A stretch of DNA of 64,000 bases, taken from the NCBI RefSeq assembly GCF_000181795.1, contig NW_003526943.1:1-64000 (forward strand). The letters are read 5' to 3'. The position numbers and the translations under genes were made by a program. Shown piece after piece: positions 24,161 to 37,322 of this stretch. A model generated the notes under the pieces. The model had not been told where the DNA came from and ran no database searches. It was given only the letters and a program-made list of their open reading frames with translations. Source of the stretch: Trichinella spiralis. Taxonomy: Eukaryota. How positions within the stretch are numbered: the first letter of the stretch is position 1; the number at the start of each line of letters is the position of its first letter.

Positions 24161-27100
24161 ATGCCAACATTCAAGCCGACTCGCTACTTACCTGCCGTGG
24201 TGGCTTGGCTTTTGCTATTGATTACAACCGGTGCCTTCTATTATTTCATGTAAATTTGAAAAAGTAATATTTATATGTGTTTACTTCATATCATTTTCTA
24301 TTCAGTGCGCCGACGATAGCTCACATACATGGATGGACTGGTGTAATTGTTATTGCAGTTGAGCTTCTCATATGTTCCTCAGTGATTTCAAATTTCATGA
24401 TGGCTACGATCATTGATCCAGGAATTATACCCAAAGGTATGTTTTTAAAATTAATCTTGTTAAAATTAGAATTGAATTTGGGAATTGCGTTTTTATTGGT
24501 TTTTTAGTTTTATTGTGCATGTTAAGTTTTTTAAACTGGAATGTTTTTCACGTAGACTGTTTATTTATAATTGGTGTTCACTTAGTTTTGTCGCGATTTT
24601 AATGAAATATTACGTATTCTAATAATATAAATAAATGTACTAAAGAGAATATTTGTGATCAGAAAATTTTAAATTAAGTGCTATTGAGTAACTTTAGTTA
24701 CGTAATGATTAAATTATTTATTTATTTCTAAATTTAATTATTTGAACATATTTGTTGTATCTTAGCAACTAAATCTCTATATACTGAAATGAATGGCATC
24801 TAATGATAACTATCTTCACAAGTTCCCTGTAATTAATGTACAGTTGTTTGATTTACTATGATTCATTTAAAGTTTTTTGAGTAAATATTATTTGCATTTA
24901 AAAAAGTAATTATTTTGTGGTTTTGGGATGGGATAAATTGATAGCACTTAGCTTCAATACTTGAGTTTAAATGAGTCAAATATTATTTTTAATTTTTATA
25001 CTTTAAACTTCATCTTTGGTAAGCATTCAGCATACGAAACTGTGTTTCCTTATTTATTTAATGAAGTAATGTTGAATTGATTAATTTTTAAATGAAATTA
25101 TTTTGTAATTTTTCCAACTCATTTTTCATATATGATGAATTACAATGCTGATGAATATATTTTATTTTCTAACTGAAAGTATTTGTTGTTATTTTGTTAT
25201 TTGAAAGTAGATATTGTTTATTCTAGGAGAAGATATTTCTCAGATTCGTATTTAAGAAAAAATAAGTGTAAAGCTGTTTAATGTGTATATTGCGAAATTA
25301 AATTTTCTGTGTATTGTTGAGTGAATTTATATAAGTGAAAACTTTAATAAATCAATTTTGGCTGTAACAGTCAGCTGAATTATTATTTTGCTTGTATTGA
25401 ATGAATTACTTGCCTTGGACATTCCAAATAAATATATTATCGAATATTGCATTTTTGTAGTTTGAAATTGAGGAAGTTAAAGTTTTTATAAATTTGGAAG
25501 TTAAATACTTATGCCGAGATCTAGTGTCCAATTTTTTGCTTTTTTTTTGATTGAATTCTTTTTTTTTTCAACGGAAATTTTTAATTATGAAACAAATTTT
25601 TTTAATTAAGTAAATATGAATGTTGAAAATATCAATAAACAATATGATAATGCAAGAGTAAATGTTGTAAAGTTATTTAAAAATTTTCTATTTTAATCCA
25701 GTTTATTTATGTAGACATTGAAAATGAATAGAATTTTATTAACTTGATGCTTTTTAAATGAAACTTTCTTTAAAAGTTTTTAAAAATGTTTTTACAGAGA
25801 AAAATAAGAATAACTGATAATAATATTAATAATAAACTGTATTGCTGGTTTATAGCTGATGAACCGGATGATCAAGACGATTTCCGATCTCCACTGTATA
25901 AAACTGTTGACATTAATGGCATTTCAGTTAGAATGAAATGGTGCGTTACATGTCACATATATCGACCACCAAGATGTTCTCATTGTTCAATTTGCAATCA
26001 CTGTATTGAAGTAAGAAAAAAAATATATATAGAATATGGTTTTACTTAATTTTAAGCTTTGTTTCAAATTTTCTCGTTTATTAATATAATCAAGCATATT
26101 CGAATGTATTAATGTTGAATAGTCATTTTTCGTTTTAGAATTTTGATCATCACTGTCCTTGGGTAAATAACTGCATTGGACGTCGAAATTATAGATATTT
26201 TTTCTTTTTTTTATTTTCACTCACATTGCATATGATGGCCGTGTTTGCACTCTGCCTTATGTGTACTCTGAAGACTAGGTGTGTATTTGTGAAATTATTT
26301 TTTTTATCAATAAATGATAGAGATACTTTAATTTTATTTAATATGTGTGTAATTTGTCAAAATGTCAATAATAAGTAAATTTCAGTTGTAACTATTAAGA
26401 AGATGTGAATTATTATTGAAATAAGTGATCATTGATTATAGATTTGGAAATAGGTAGCACACTTTTAACATGTTTGTACAATATTATAAGAATATTGTTG
26501 TTTTAAAATATTTGAAATAATATTTAAGTTTTGCAATGATTAAATTTTATTTTGAATCAGATATATGTATATATATATATATTTTTTTTATAGTTTGGAA
26601 AAATGTTTCATTTTACTTTTTAACAGTCGAATGTAATTAATATTATTTTCTGCTAATGATTGAATCAGTTATGTTTTAGGGACAGTATTCTGAACAAAGA
26701 AAATATCTGCAGCATTGTTGTGATGGGCGTATGCGGTCTGTTGTTTATTCCTGTTGTGGGACTTACTGGTTTTCACGTTGTTCTTGTTGTTCGTGGACGA
26801 ACCACGAATGAACAAGTTGATTTTTATACTTTGCTTATTATTGCTAATTTGCATAGGAATAAAGTGTTGTTGAGTTGATTTTTAATTTCAGGTAACAGGA
26901 AAGTTTCGCAACGGGTTTAATCCCTTCACGAAAGGATGTTTTCGAAATTTGTTGACCGTTCTTTGTTCTACTGTATATCCAAGGTGGAAAAGTAGTTTAG
27001 AATTATTTTTTCACATAACTTTTATTATTAATGAAAATTATGCTATTTTAAGTTTGATTGGACAATCAAGAAGAAGAAGGGGAAGAAGAAGAAGAAGAGG

Positions 27101-28288
27101 GCAGTTTAATGTTGATTTTATTGAAAGTGGAGGAGAAAAATTGCTAAACGGGTATTCTCAGGCAAAAGAACCTGAAGCGCAGCTTTTCATTGCCAATGAA
27201 AGCACGTCACATGGTGACTTAATTGCGCAATACAAAAAAGTTAGTAAATTTCTATTAATTTAATTTTTTTAAAATATAATATCAGTTTTATTGAATGAAT
27301 TGGTTTATTATTATTTTAGAAGTAAATATTATCAGCCTGTTGATATTGTGTATCATAATAAAGTTAGTTTAAAATATGATCCAGAAAAAGCATCAAGTAG
27401 GTTAGAAATGATTGGTTTTATTAAATGAATAAATTTATTAATTTATTATTATAATGTAGGGTTGTTATTGCTTAGTATGTGTACGTGTGTTGATTTGTGT
27501 TTGAAAAAGCGAGTTATTATTTATTGAACGAATTTTGTATTAAAATTGTGTGAAATTTTTAGATGGTAAAGCAGCCGTCTAGTTCACTGGCAATGGATGA
27601 CAGCGTCAGCAGAGGCTCTTCGCATGTCACGTTTGTTGGTGGTGGAATGGTGGATCAAGCGGAAACTGTCTCTTCCAGAGATATTGTTGAATTGTCTATA
27701 GGAAATGTATCGACGTGTAATTTGTTTGATAAAACTGGAGCGATAGATGATGAAAATAATTTTTCTGATCAAAGATCAGTTTCACCAGGAAGTGAACAAT
27801 ATCAGTCATTATTGAGGGAGGCAATTGAAGGCACAGCTTCTTCAGTGAATAATAATCGAATGCATTCTGTTAAAAAAATCGACAGAATGCATCGGTCAGT
27901 TGGTCATCTTACTACTTCTGGTTGTTCTAGTGATTCGTTGAATATTCTTCATAACGTGGATAGGAAATCTCAGAGATCAACAGATCAGTTACCACCTTCT
28001 TCAAGTGGTTACTTTCAAAAGGACCGTGTTCATTTAGAAATTTCATCATTATCATCTTCTGCTTCATCTGCTGCTGCTGCTGTTGATGATGATGAACAGC
28101 ATAATTTATTATTAGCTGATAATCAGCATCAGATTAATGTTGTTCCACCACCACCACCATCATCATCATTATCAGAACAGTTAACTTTTAGAAAGCCGTT
28201 GTCTTTCACTCAGGCAGTTCGATTGCATGACAGTTTAAGTGTTCTCAATCAGACTGATCATCATAATCAAAAACAGCAGCAACACTAG
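24161..28288 (+). CDS. DHHC palmitoyltransferase, ZDHHC5/8 subfamily; multi-exon (alternative in-frame ATG at 24146)
   Basis: [12 protein letters not shown]-terminus, [109 protein letters not shown], then a long low-complexity tail. Confidence 0.93.
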
Positions 28289-29147
28289 TATCCAGAACAA
28301 CAAACAACAATTTAAGAGAACGGAAAATATTTCTAAAATTCCTTTTTAACAAATGCGACCATGCATGCGTGAATGAATCCATTGGAAATTTTAAAATTTA
28401 CTCTGAAATTTTAAAAATTCACTAAAAAAGAAACACTGAATATACAAAATTTGTCTTTGAATTAATTACATTTTCATCATTATTGTTTTTTTTCTGCAGT
28501 TTACACATTGAAATTAGCTTGTGGGTGTGTAGGATGTACATTTATTGTCTTTATATGTATGTAATTTCGTTGCTTGTGTATGCCATTTTGAAAACTCATT
28601 TTTATAGCGGGTTGTCGACGATTCTATTGTAATTTATAGTGAATGTTTTTTTTTAATTTGTGATATTGTTCATTTATTGCAATTTTTTAATTTGTCTTTG
28701 GATGTTTTGTAAAAATTAGAAGCTTATATTTTCTTTTTTTTTTTTGGTTTTCTGATCTGCATTACTGTGAGCATTTGCTTCTCTGTTATTGTAGAATTTG
28801 TATCGCTTCAGACAAATTGTTTTAACTTTGTTTCGTCATCTGTTACTTTGTCAATAAATTAAGTGACAAATTTTCTTATTTTTTTTGGATCTTGAAGGAA
28901 TTTGCCATTTTTTTTGCTTAGCATTACGATCGCAGAAATTTTCATATTTGTAATGAAAAGAAAAACTTCAATGCTCTATTTAAACGACGCTTTCACCATA
29001 CTGAAATGAAGTAATAATGAACTGAAACTGTAAAAGATCATTTAAAAAAATGAATTCATTTGAAAATTAAAAATTTTCAAAATGTCAAATATGAAAAAGT
29101 ACAACATATATGACAATATGAAATATTTTCAAATGCATTTTTAAATT

Positions 29148-30020
29148 TTATGTACAATCTGAATCTTTCAGTGCTCGCAAAAGCAATTCTGTAGCACTGT
29201 ATTCGAGATGTTTCATTTTTTTAACATATTCACTCGCCCATTCATGATTCTCTGGTTCAACTATATTTAAACAGACAGCAGCGAATCGTTGAAATTCCAA
29301 ATTTTTCATAGCGATACGTATCGCTTCAGACGGCTGTGAATGGGAATTGATCCATCGGAGTAAATTTCGTAGATGATCACTTCTAAGCAACTTTTTCAAA
29401 CTCTCTGACTTATCTGAATAAAATACACTTTTAAACTAAAGTCATGATTCAATTTTTCTTTGCAAAATAAAAAAATAAAATTGCACTGAATTCAATTATC
29501 AAGACCAACTTACTTAACATGAGCAATTTATTCGGTAAAACCATGTCTTCTGATAAATATGAACACAAAGGGTCTGATTCTATAAACCAATGCATAACCA
29601 CCTCTAATGCACGCAGACAAAGGTAAAATCATCATACCAGTTGCATTCTCATCATTTCTCAATTTTCTGCTTTCATCTTTTCCAATTTTTTCACATCCTA
29701 TATCTAAAGAGAAAACGTAAAATAACAAAAACATGACATTCTTTATTAAAATCTTTAATTTCCTTATAACTTTATACTGCATTCATATAATAATACAGCG
29801 GTGAAAATAATACAGCAATTTATATGATCAAAGTAAAATTAAATAAATATAGTTGCTTACCTTTATGCGTTTTATAACAATTCACTGAACAACTTAAATG
29901 AAATAGTTGTAAATGAATATACTACATAATGAAATATACTTACTACGCAATACCACAGCTAGAACATTTATATCGCATTTTCTGAACAAAACATATAATA
30001 CACTGACTATCTTTGTCCAT
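29148..30020 (-). CDS. ZNHIT3: zinc finger HIT domain protein 3 (box C/D snoRNP assembly factor); 5 coding exons
   Basis: Spliced N-terminus MDKDSQCIICFVQKMRYKCSSCGIAYCSVNCYKTHK is a zf-HIT. C-terminal SESLKKLLRSDHLRNLL...AMKNLEFQRFAAVCLNIVEP matches the ZNHIT3/Hit1 C-domain pattern. Confidence 0.88.
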
Positions 30021-30359
30021 CACCTAATTGCAAAAAGCACTTTATTAAATACAATTTATAAAATATGACAAATAATAAATATGCGATGAAATAACATTAA
30101 TCAGTAAGTTACTGAAAAAAATGTTATCAACATGTCAATTTTATTGAACTTTGAGCAACAATTCGGTATACCCCTGTAAAAAAGCACCACTAAAAAATGC
30201 ATTAAAATTCACATAAAATGGCAAGTCAAAAAGCAAAAAGCCATAATTGAAAAAGCAATGTATCATTGATGCAAAGATCTATAACGAGAACTCTAAATGT
30301 AATGTACTACAGAAATGAAAAATTCAGTTTAAAAACAACAGATGAAAAAATTGAAGATT

Positions 30360-32970
30360 TCACTGCTTCATATACCACTTCGCCGGTTGCTCACAGTTCA
30401 AATTATGGTCAGGACATAAGCAATTAAATGTTGTATTATGGGAAAAGCCAAGAATTTCACGATCTTCTTGAATTCGAAATGAAAAAGTCGATTCAGCCGT
30501 ACCAATAAAATATCTGAATACATTTTACTAGTTATAATTCAACCGAATAGCAAAAGTAAAAGAAACATTGTATACTTCGCATGTGCACATATCCATTGTT
30601 CAATGGTAGCCACGCCACCATCGAGAAATTTCTGTAGCTGAGCATCTGTTGGCTTGAATCTTTTGATAACCGCAGTTTCATTCAAAAAGGCTTTCAATTC
30701 ATCAACTTCTACGTAAAAACAATTAACAAGAAATAAAAGATACAGTCGAATGATAAATTCCATTAAAATTTTTGAATGTTTTTTCTAAACAGTGTTGCAC
30801 AATATTATTACGGATCTAAATTTTAACACTGAATTACACATTCTCAGATAAAAAGAACGTGAAACATATATCGGCCAAAATAACCCCTTTTCACAATTTT
30901 CGGTTACAATCATCAACAATGTTAAAAATTAATAAATTCAGTTTTAAAGTTGAAAATAAAAATAAAATTAACTTTCTGACCTGTTTCTGGAGCATCAGTT
31001 GATACGTAAACGACTTCCAACTTCAACATTTTTAACAATTTCGAAATTTGTTCAGCTGCGCCTTTTACAGTAGGAATTTGCTTACTACGAGATGTTACAA
31101 AATCTCTACGTCGCAAATGAACTGCTAAATAAGGTCCACCTATAGCTTGCCCTGGTTTAACCTGATAAGTAACATAACAATTCAACAGTGCTGAAGTTTA
31201 ATATATTCTTTTCCGAATTTACCTTCATTAAAGTCCAATCATCCAATATTTCTGTCTTGTCCGTAACATCATCAGAATTCAACTCTTCACGCCGAAAATC
31301 ATCCGCTGCTTTTCTTATAGCAGCTGAATAACGCATACTTCGTCTGCACTGAAGCACAAAGCAAAAATAAAAATAAAACTCAATAAACGAAAATTGCAAA
31401 CAGTTCAACATAACAATTCATATAATATTCAACAATCAAGGAATAAGATGGTAAATGTCATAAAATTACATCTTTGCACATCATAAAAATACATCATAAT
31501 CATGTATTTTATGAAAATGTTATTCAATATTATGCATCATATCATTTTAATGATGTATTATATTTAAGAACTGCATAATTTTTCTAATTAAAAATTTTTT
31601 TGCAAGTTCGCAAGAACTTTCATCTGTTTACCCGTAAAACATTAGCCTTTAATATCGCAAATTAAAATATTCAATTAAAAATAAGCAATTTAGAAATTAA
31701 AAAAATCTAACTAAAACTAGAATAAAATAGTTTACCTTCCAATGTATATTACTACCGAAACCATCATGCAACATAACTTCGGCACGATCAACCATTATTG
31801 ATCTAAACGTGAAATATTTTTTAATAGAGAATAATTTCTTTTTTCAAATGTATTACTGAATTTTCGTCGGATCTGTATCGTTTATTATTAGATTAGCAAC
31901 ATCTGATACATAACCTTGAAGTGATAGACATGATACATTCTTCGCATATACTTCAGGATAACCCCAGAATGAATATTTGAATTTTCCTTCTACCTGCTGA
32001 TAATAAAAGCTTTTAATGCATGGTCTGAATTCCATTTTCTGACTCCATTCAGTGAAGCCTTCAGGAAATGGTTGCAAAAAATATACAACGTCAATTGAAG
32101 TTCTCCCTGTTTCTAAAAATAAATAATATTTAAAATCTTCTAAAAAAGAAATAGGCAAATACAGAATACCTCTGAAATAATCTTCCAATTCTATGACCGG
32201 AATAAAACGATTCAGCGATTCTAAATCAAACCAAAGCTTCCAAGGAATACGATGTTGATATCCAAGTTGATGAGAACGATGATGAATTGATGAACCCCAC
32301 GGAGGCAAAACCAGAACAAAATCGTGCCCCTTCTCTCGAAGATAATGAACCATCGAAGCAACACGTATGTAAACATCACGTCTCAAGTTTTGACCTTCAG
32401 CAGGATTAACATCATAGTGCAAATACCTGAAAACCAAAAATAATATATGATAAAAATAAAAGAACATCCAGACAAAACCACCAACACCTTTAATTTATCA
32501 CTTTGATTCATACCTAATAAAATTTCATTGATAAAATATAAGCTTCCGATATACAATAACCTGATGAAAATTTAACAATAGCAATTTATCAGTATTCATT
32601 TTAAAACTAGTCAATAAATGCTGTAAAATTTCTTAATAATCTGACAACCGCAGGCTGAAAAGAAACAATTTATAATCTACATAAAAAATTGATATGCGCA
32701 TTGAAGTTCATGCTAAATGCTTAGTTTTACACAATAACAAAAAAAGTTTTAAATATCATATAATGTATAATGTCTAATCTGCATCGTGCATAACTATTAC
32801 GCAAATCATGAAATTTAATTAAATATTATAAATTCTTCCGATTAAAAATAATTAAAAAGTTACCTTGAACTTTTCACCAGTGTAAAGTTTTCCGTTTCAA
32901 AATTTGAAACAGACTCTTGATTTGAAAAACATAGATGAAAATGAAGTAATAAGAAAATTGAGAATAGCAT
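30360..32970 (-). CDS. POFUT2: GDP-fucose protein O-fucosyltransferase 2; multi-exon
   Basis: Signal peptide [121 protein letters not shown]...TTFNCLCP. Confidence 0.96.
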
Positions 32971-33967
32971 AATATAGTAAGCAGCTGCCTGAAAACTAAC
33001 ACCAAATATGCAGCGTATTTGCCTTACACTGTCACTACAGTAACCACAAAGAGCAGGCTTTTTCAAAATGTATACTGTAAAGATGTTTAAAAATGTCTTA
33101 TAAAAAATTAAATTTTTTTAAGACTGTTAATGGAATTATCGTTTATTTTTTTTATTTTTTTAACGAGAAACATCATCAGAAATGACTATTTTAACATAAT
33201 AACAATGCTTTTATAATATTTCCGTTATTATGAAACTATCTAATAATTCAAATCCCAGATTTATAATTATACAATTGAAATTAAATGCAGTTTTCAAATT
33301 AAAAATTAAATAAAAAAAATGCTTTTAAATTTAAAAGTGCCGATATAAATTTGTGCAAAACTTTGAAAAACACTTAGCTATGACTTCAATAAATAAAAAA
33401 CAAAATAATTCGAAATAAGAATGAGGTGCAATTACAGAAGTGCACGAAGAATTCATTTATAACGTAACACTGATATATAACATATTACATCCATCAACCT
33501 TCTCTATTTATATATGGTATTTACATTTTATTGATTAATAAAATCAATAATTTATTATTATAGTATTAAATTTGAACTTGATTGTTATTATATACAAATA
33601 CAAACAAAGAATGCACATATAAACGTGCGTAATCGTATTCTTCCCCGTACATGTACTGTACCGTAAGGTGACTCTGCTATTGTTTTCAAAGGTAATTTAT
33701 TTATGCAGTTTACAGTATGCATTTATATTTTAATTAAGAATTATTTTTTTAAAAAAAGTATAATGTTCTAAAATTTAGACATTTTAAAAGTAAGTGAAGC
33801 TGTTTTGCTATTTGGCACTAGATTTTAACCTAATCTGCTAGTCTAACTGAAAAAATTGCAATACATTGAAAGAAAAGTAAAAGAAGAATTTATGTTTAGA
33901 ATTTGGTTAAAGAGTAGTTTTCTGATAATTTGGAAATGCACTGGTAATTTATGATTTCTGTTCAGCG

Positions 33968-34555
33968 ATGTCATCAAGACCAGTTGTAGTGTCAGGTCCA
34001 TCTGGCTGTGGGAAAAGTACACTTTTATCACGTTTATTTAAGGAGTATCCCGATAAGTATGCATTGTCTGTTTCACATACAACAAGGCAGCCGAGATCAT
34101 CAGAACAGCATGGTATTGATTATTATTTTTCAAGTAAAGAGGAAATGATCAAAGCTATTGAGCGTGGAGAATTTCTTGAACACGCCGAATTCAGTGGAAA
34201 TTTGTATGGGACAAGCTTTGAAGCAGTACATAATGTTCTGAAATCAGGGAAGACATGTATTTTGGATTTAGAAATTCAAGGCGTGCGTTCGACTAAAAAT
34301 TCCAATTTAAACCCTTTGTGTATTTTGATTAAGCCTCCAAATTTGGAAGAGCTGAAGTCAAGATTGAGAAACCGTGGTACCGAAACTGACGAATCGCTTT
34401 GTAAACGACTTAAACAAGCTGAAATAGATATGGCAGCTGCCGATAAAGAACAAGATCTGTTTGATTACATAATTATTAATGAAAATTTAAATGAAGCATA
34501 CGAACATCTTTTGAATATTTTGTGTTCTCTGCAGATGGAAAATAGAAAGTATTGA
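33968..34555 (+). CDS. GUK1: guanylate kinase; single coding exon, 195 aa
   Basis: RPVVVSGPSGCGKSTL P-loop, SVSHTTRQPR, EFLEHAEFSGNLYGTS, LDLEIQGV, RLRNRGTET. Confidence 0.97.
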   Translation: MSSRPVVVSGPSGCGKSTLLSRLFKEYPDKYALSVSHTTRQPRSSEQHGIDYYFSSKEEMIKAIERGEFLEHAEFSGNLYGTSFEAVHNVLKSGKTCILDLEIQGVRSTKNSNLNPLCILIKPPNLEELKSRLRNRGTETDESLCKRLKQAEIDMAAADKEQDLFDYIIINENLNEAYEHLLNILCSLQMENRKY

Positions 34556-35348
34556 AAATTAATAATGATTACTGAGTATTACATATCTTTGCCTAGTCGA
34601 ACTGTGTTTTCATTGTTTTTTCGATGATATTCTTTGTCATTATGCATAAATGCAGTATGCAAAGAAGTTTCAAACGGCCTTCTGCATGAATTTCATAAAA
34701 TGAGAATGTGAACAGTTATTTCAGTCATTTAAAATTCTGGAAATTTTAAAATGATTCTGCTACTGATAGATTTATCAAAATTTACAATTAATAAAAGTAA
34801 GCATTTCTATGTGTTGAACTTGATTTACATAAGTTACAAAAATTTACTAATTGAACTTGATTTGCATTACATTACCATGCAGTGTTGTTTCAATGTTGCT
34901 CATTAAAATGATGATAACGAATGACTTTTTATTAATAGATTATTCTTAACTTTTTATAGTTGCTTTCTTTATAGATAGGTGTTTTTTGTACATGTTGATG
35001 ACTACATGCCTTTTATTCTTGTAAGGTCGTATGTGAATTTTTATTGTTCAAATATCTTTGAAATTTGCAGTAACATTTTTAATTGATGTGTAATGTATGT
35101 TCTTTTGGTGGCATTAGAATTTTTTATTTTTTCTTGCGTATTTTTACATTGTATTACGTTGCGTTGTTTGTTTTGGCTTTTCTAATATGCCATAATTACA
35201 ACTTTTAGTTTATTGAAAGTAATATTTTCAACTTTGAATGCATTAATTTAATAATTATATATATATATATATATATATTTAATTATTTAATTAATTAATT
35301 AACTTTAAGTTTGATTTTACAACTTCTACAAGACTGCAAATTCTAAAT

Positions 35349-37322
35349 ATGAAATTTATACCTGTTCCTCCTGGCGGAAAAGCTTCACTTGAAGAAGGCT
35401 TCTCTACCAATTCAGTAAATCTTTGTTATAAATCAAATTATTAACTGTATATAATTAACTGATTGGTATTTACTTTAGCGTGAGGACCTGCGTGAAAATG
35501 AAGAATTTCGGCCAGTTCGTTTATGCTTTGGTCGCGCTTTTGGAAGTTGTGTAGCGGAATTTGGAAACACGAAGTGATAAATTTCATATGACCACTGTAC
35601 TTTGTTATTATAACTTAATGTATTAATAGAGTGTTTGTGAAAACCTCATGTAGTGTTGTTACACCTAGTTTGACTCGTCCTTCCAGTGGAATATTGAAAA
35701 TCAATCTTGAATTCGGTCCACAAGCAGTAGCCCATTATGAAGTTGGAAGGTAATACTGCTTTGCATGTTGCTGTTTTACTTTTTTTCAAAATGAACATTA
35801 TTAAATTTAATAGACTGGAGAAGTGTATTGAATATCAGCGATTACTGGAACGGAACATCAAAGACGCACGATGCGTTTGCTTAGATACGTTATGTATTAT
35901 TTCAGGAGAAAAAGTGAGAAATATTTTAGTTTGTCAGTTTGAATTAGTGAGAATTGCGTGAATTAAGGTGGTAAAATAATAGAATCGCAGTAATTAAGTG
36001 GTATATTTAGGTGTGGCAAATAAGATGCGATGTATATGTGTTGAATAATGATGGATCATTGGTGGACTGTGCATGCGTAGCTATTCTAAGTGCGTTGCGC
36101 CATTTCAGGTAAAAAAACATTGTATAGTACATATTTTGCATTTGAAAACTTTAGAATACCATCCGTAACGCGTCACGGCACTGATTATACTATAGTAAGT
36201 TGCATTTTCTATTGAAATTTGCATTAAAAATTTTTTTAATAAATAGCATTCATTTGATGATAAAGAACCGCTTCGGTTGGACATCTTTCATTATCCTTGT
36301 ATGATAACTTTGGGTTATTATAGTGGAAAGTAATTTTTATTAAATTGTTGATTAAATGTAAAATATTTGTTTGTTAGGGAAATTTTTATTTGTGAACCTT
36401 CACTTCTTGAAGAAACAGTACTTGATCAGTGCTTCATTTTAGCAATGAATGCACACTTTGAGTTTACACTGATACATCATTTGAAGCCACAGCCTTACAA
36501 AGACAGTTTGGTATATGAATAAAGTGAAATTACAGTTTACTTGTTTGTTTGTTTATTTTTTAATTTAGATTTTGCGTGCAAAATCAATAATTCATTCACG
36601 TGTAAAGCAGCTAGTTGATTTAATTAATCGAGAAATAGAAGAAGACATCATTAAGCGGTATGGAATTAATTTTGTATAATCAATGTCAGTAGTATTTATT
36701 TACATGTTCATATTTTATGTTTCAGTTCATCGAGTAATTTCACAGGCTTTGGAAGTTTAATTGAATCAAATATTATTTACAGTAATGCAATGAAATACTG
36801 TTTGCATGAGCAGACTGTAGAATTGGTGAACGTGAGAGATGAAATAGAAAATCCCAAACGTGATGTAGATATGTGCGAAGATGAACCAGTGATCATTCGA
36901 AAAGTATTTTGAATTAATGAAATGGATGTCGAAATTAACGCTTTATTTTTTATTATTTAAGGAAAACTCGAGTAGAATGGAAAAAGTAGAGTTGTTTACA
37001 GATGTAGTGGACATTGATGATTCATTAGTTGAAGAATTAGTGATGGAAGAATCTTCTACAGCTGCTTCAGTATTAGTTGTGCAAGAGATAGATAGAAGCT
37101 TGCGTTCTCCGGAAACGAAGATTGCTCACGTTGAATCTGTAAAATTGGGAAGTAAAAATAAAAGACGTAAAGCAGCAATTCCATCAAGTAAAATTATTTA
37201 TTATTATTTTTTCTTTTTTGTAAATAACATTCAAATTAATTCTAACGTTAGATGTGATGCAACTTCTTGATGAAATAGAAGAGAAAGCAAATGTTCTGCA
37301 ACCCAATGAAAGTCCAAAATAA
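35349..37322 (+). CDS. EXOSC9: exosome complex component RRP45; multi-exon
   Basis: Spliced RNase PH-like motifs: EFRPVRLCFGRAFGSCVAEFGNTK, RPSSGILKINLEFGP, RLLERNIKDARCVCLDTLCIISGEKVWQIRCDVYVLNNDGSLVDCACVAILSALRHFR. Acidic C-terminal tail. Confidence 0.9.

Noticed and set aside
32514..32560. 47-nt AG/GT-bounded segment in POFUT2 intron 1 (minus strand)
   Set aside because: It would frameshift the protein, and such site pairs arise often by chance in AT-rich introns. No other support.
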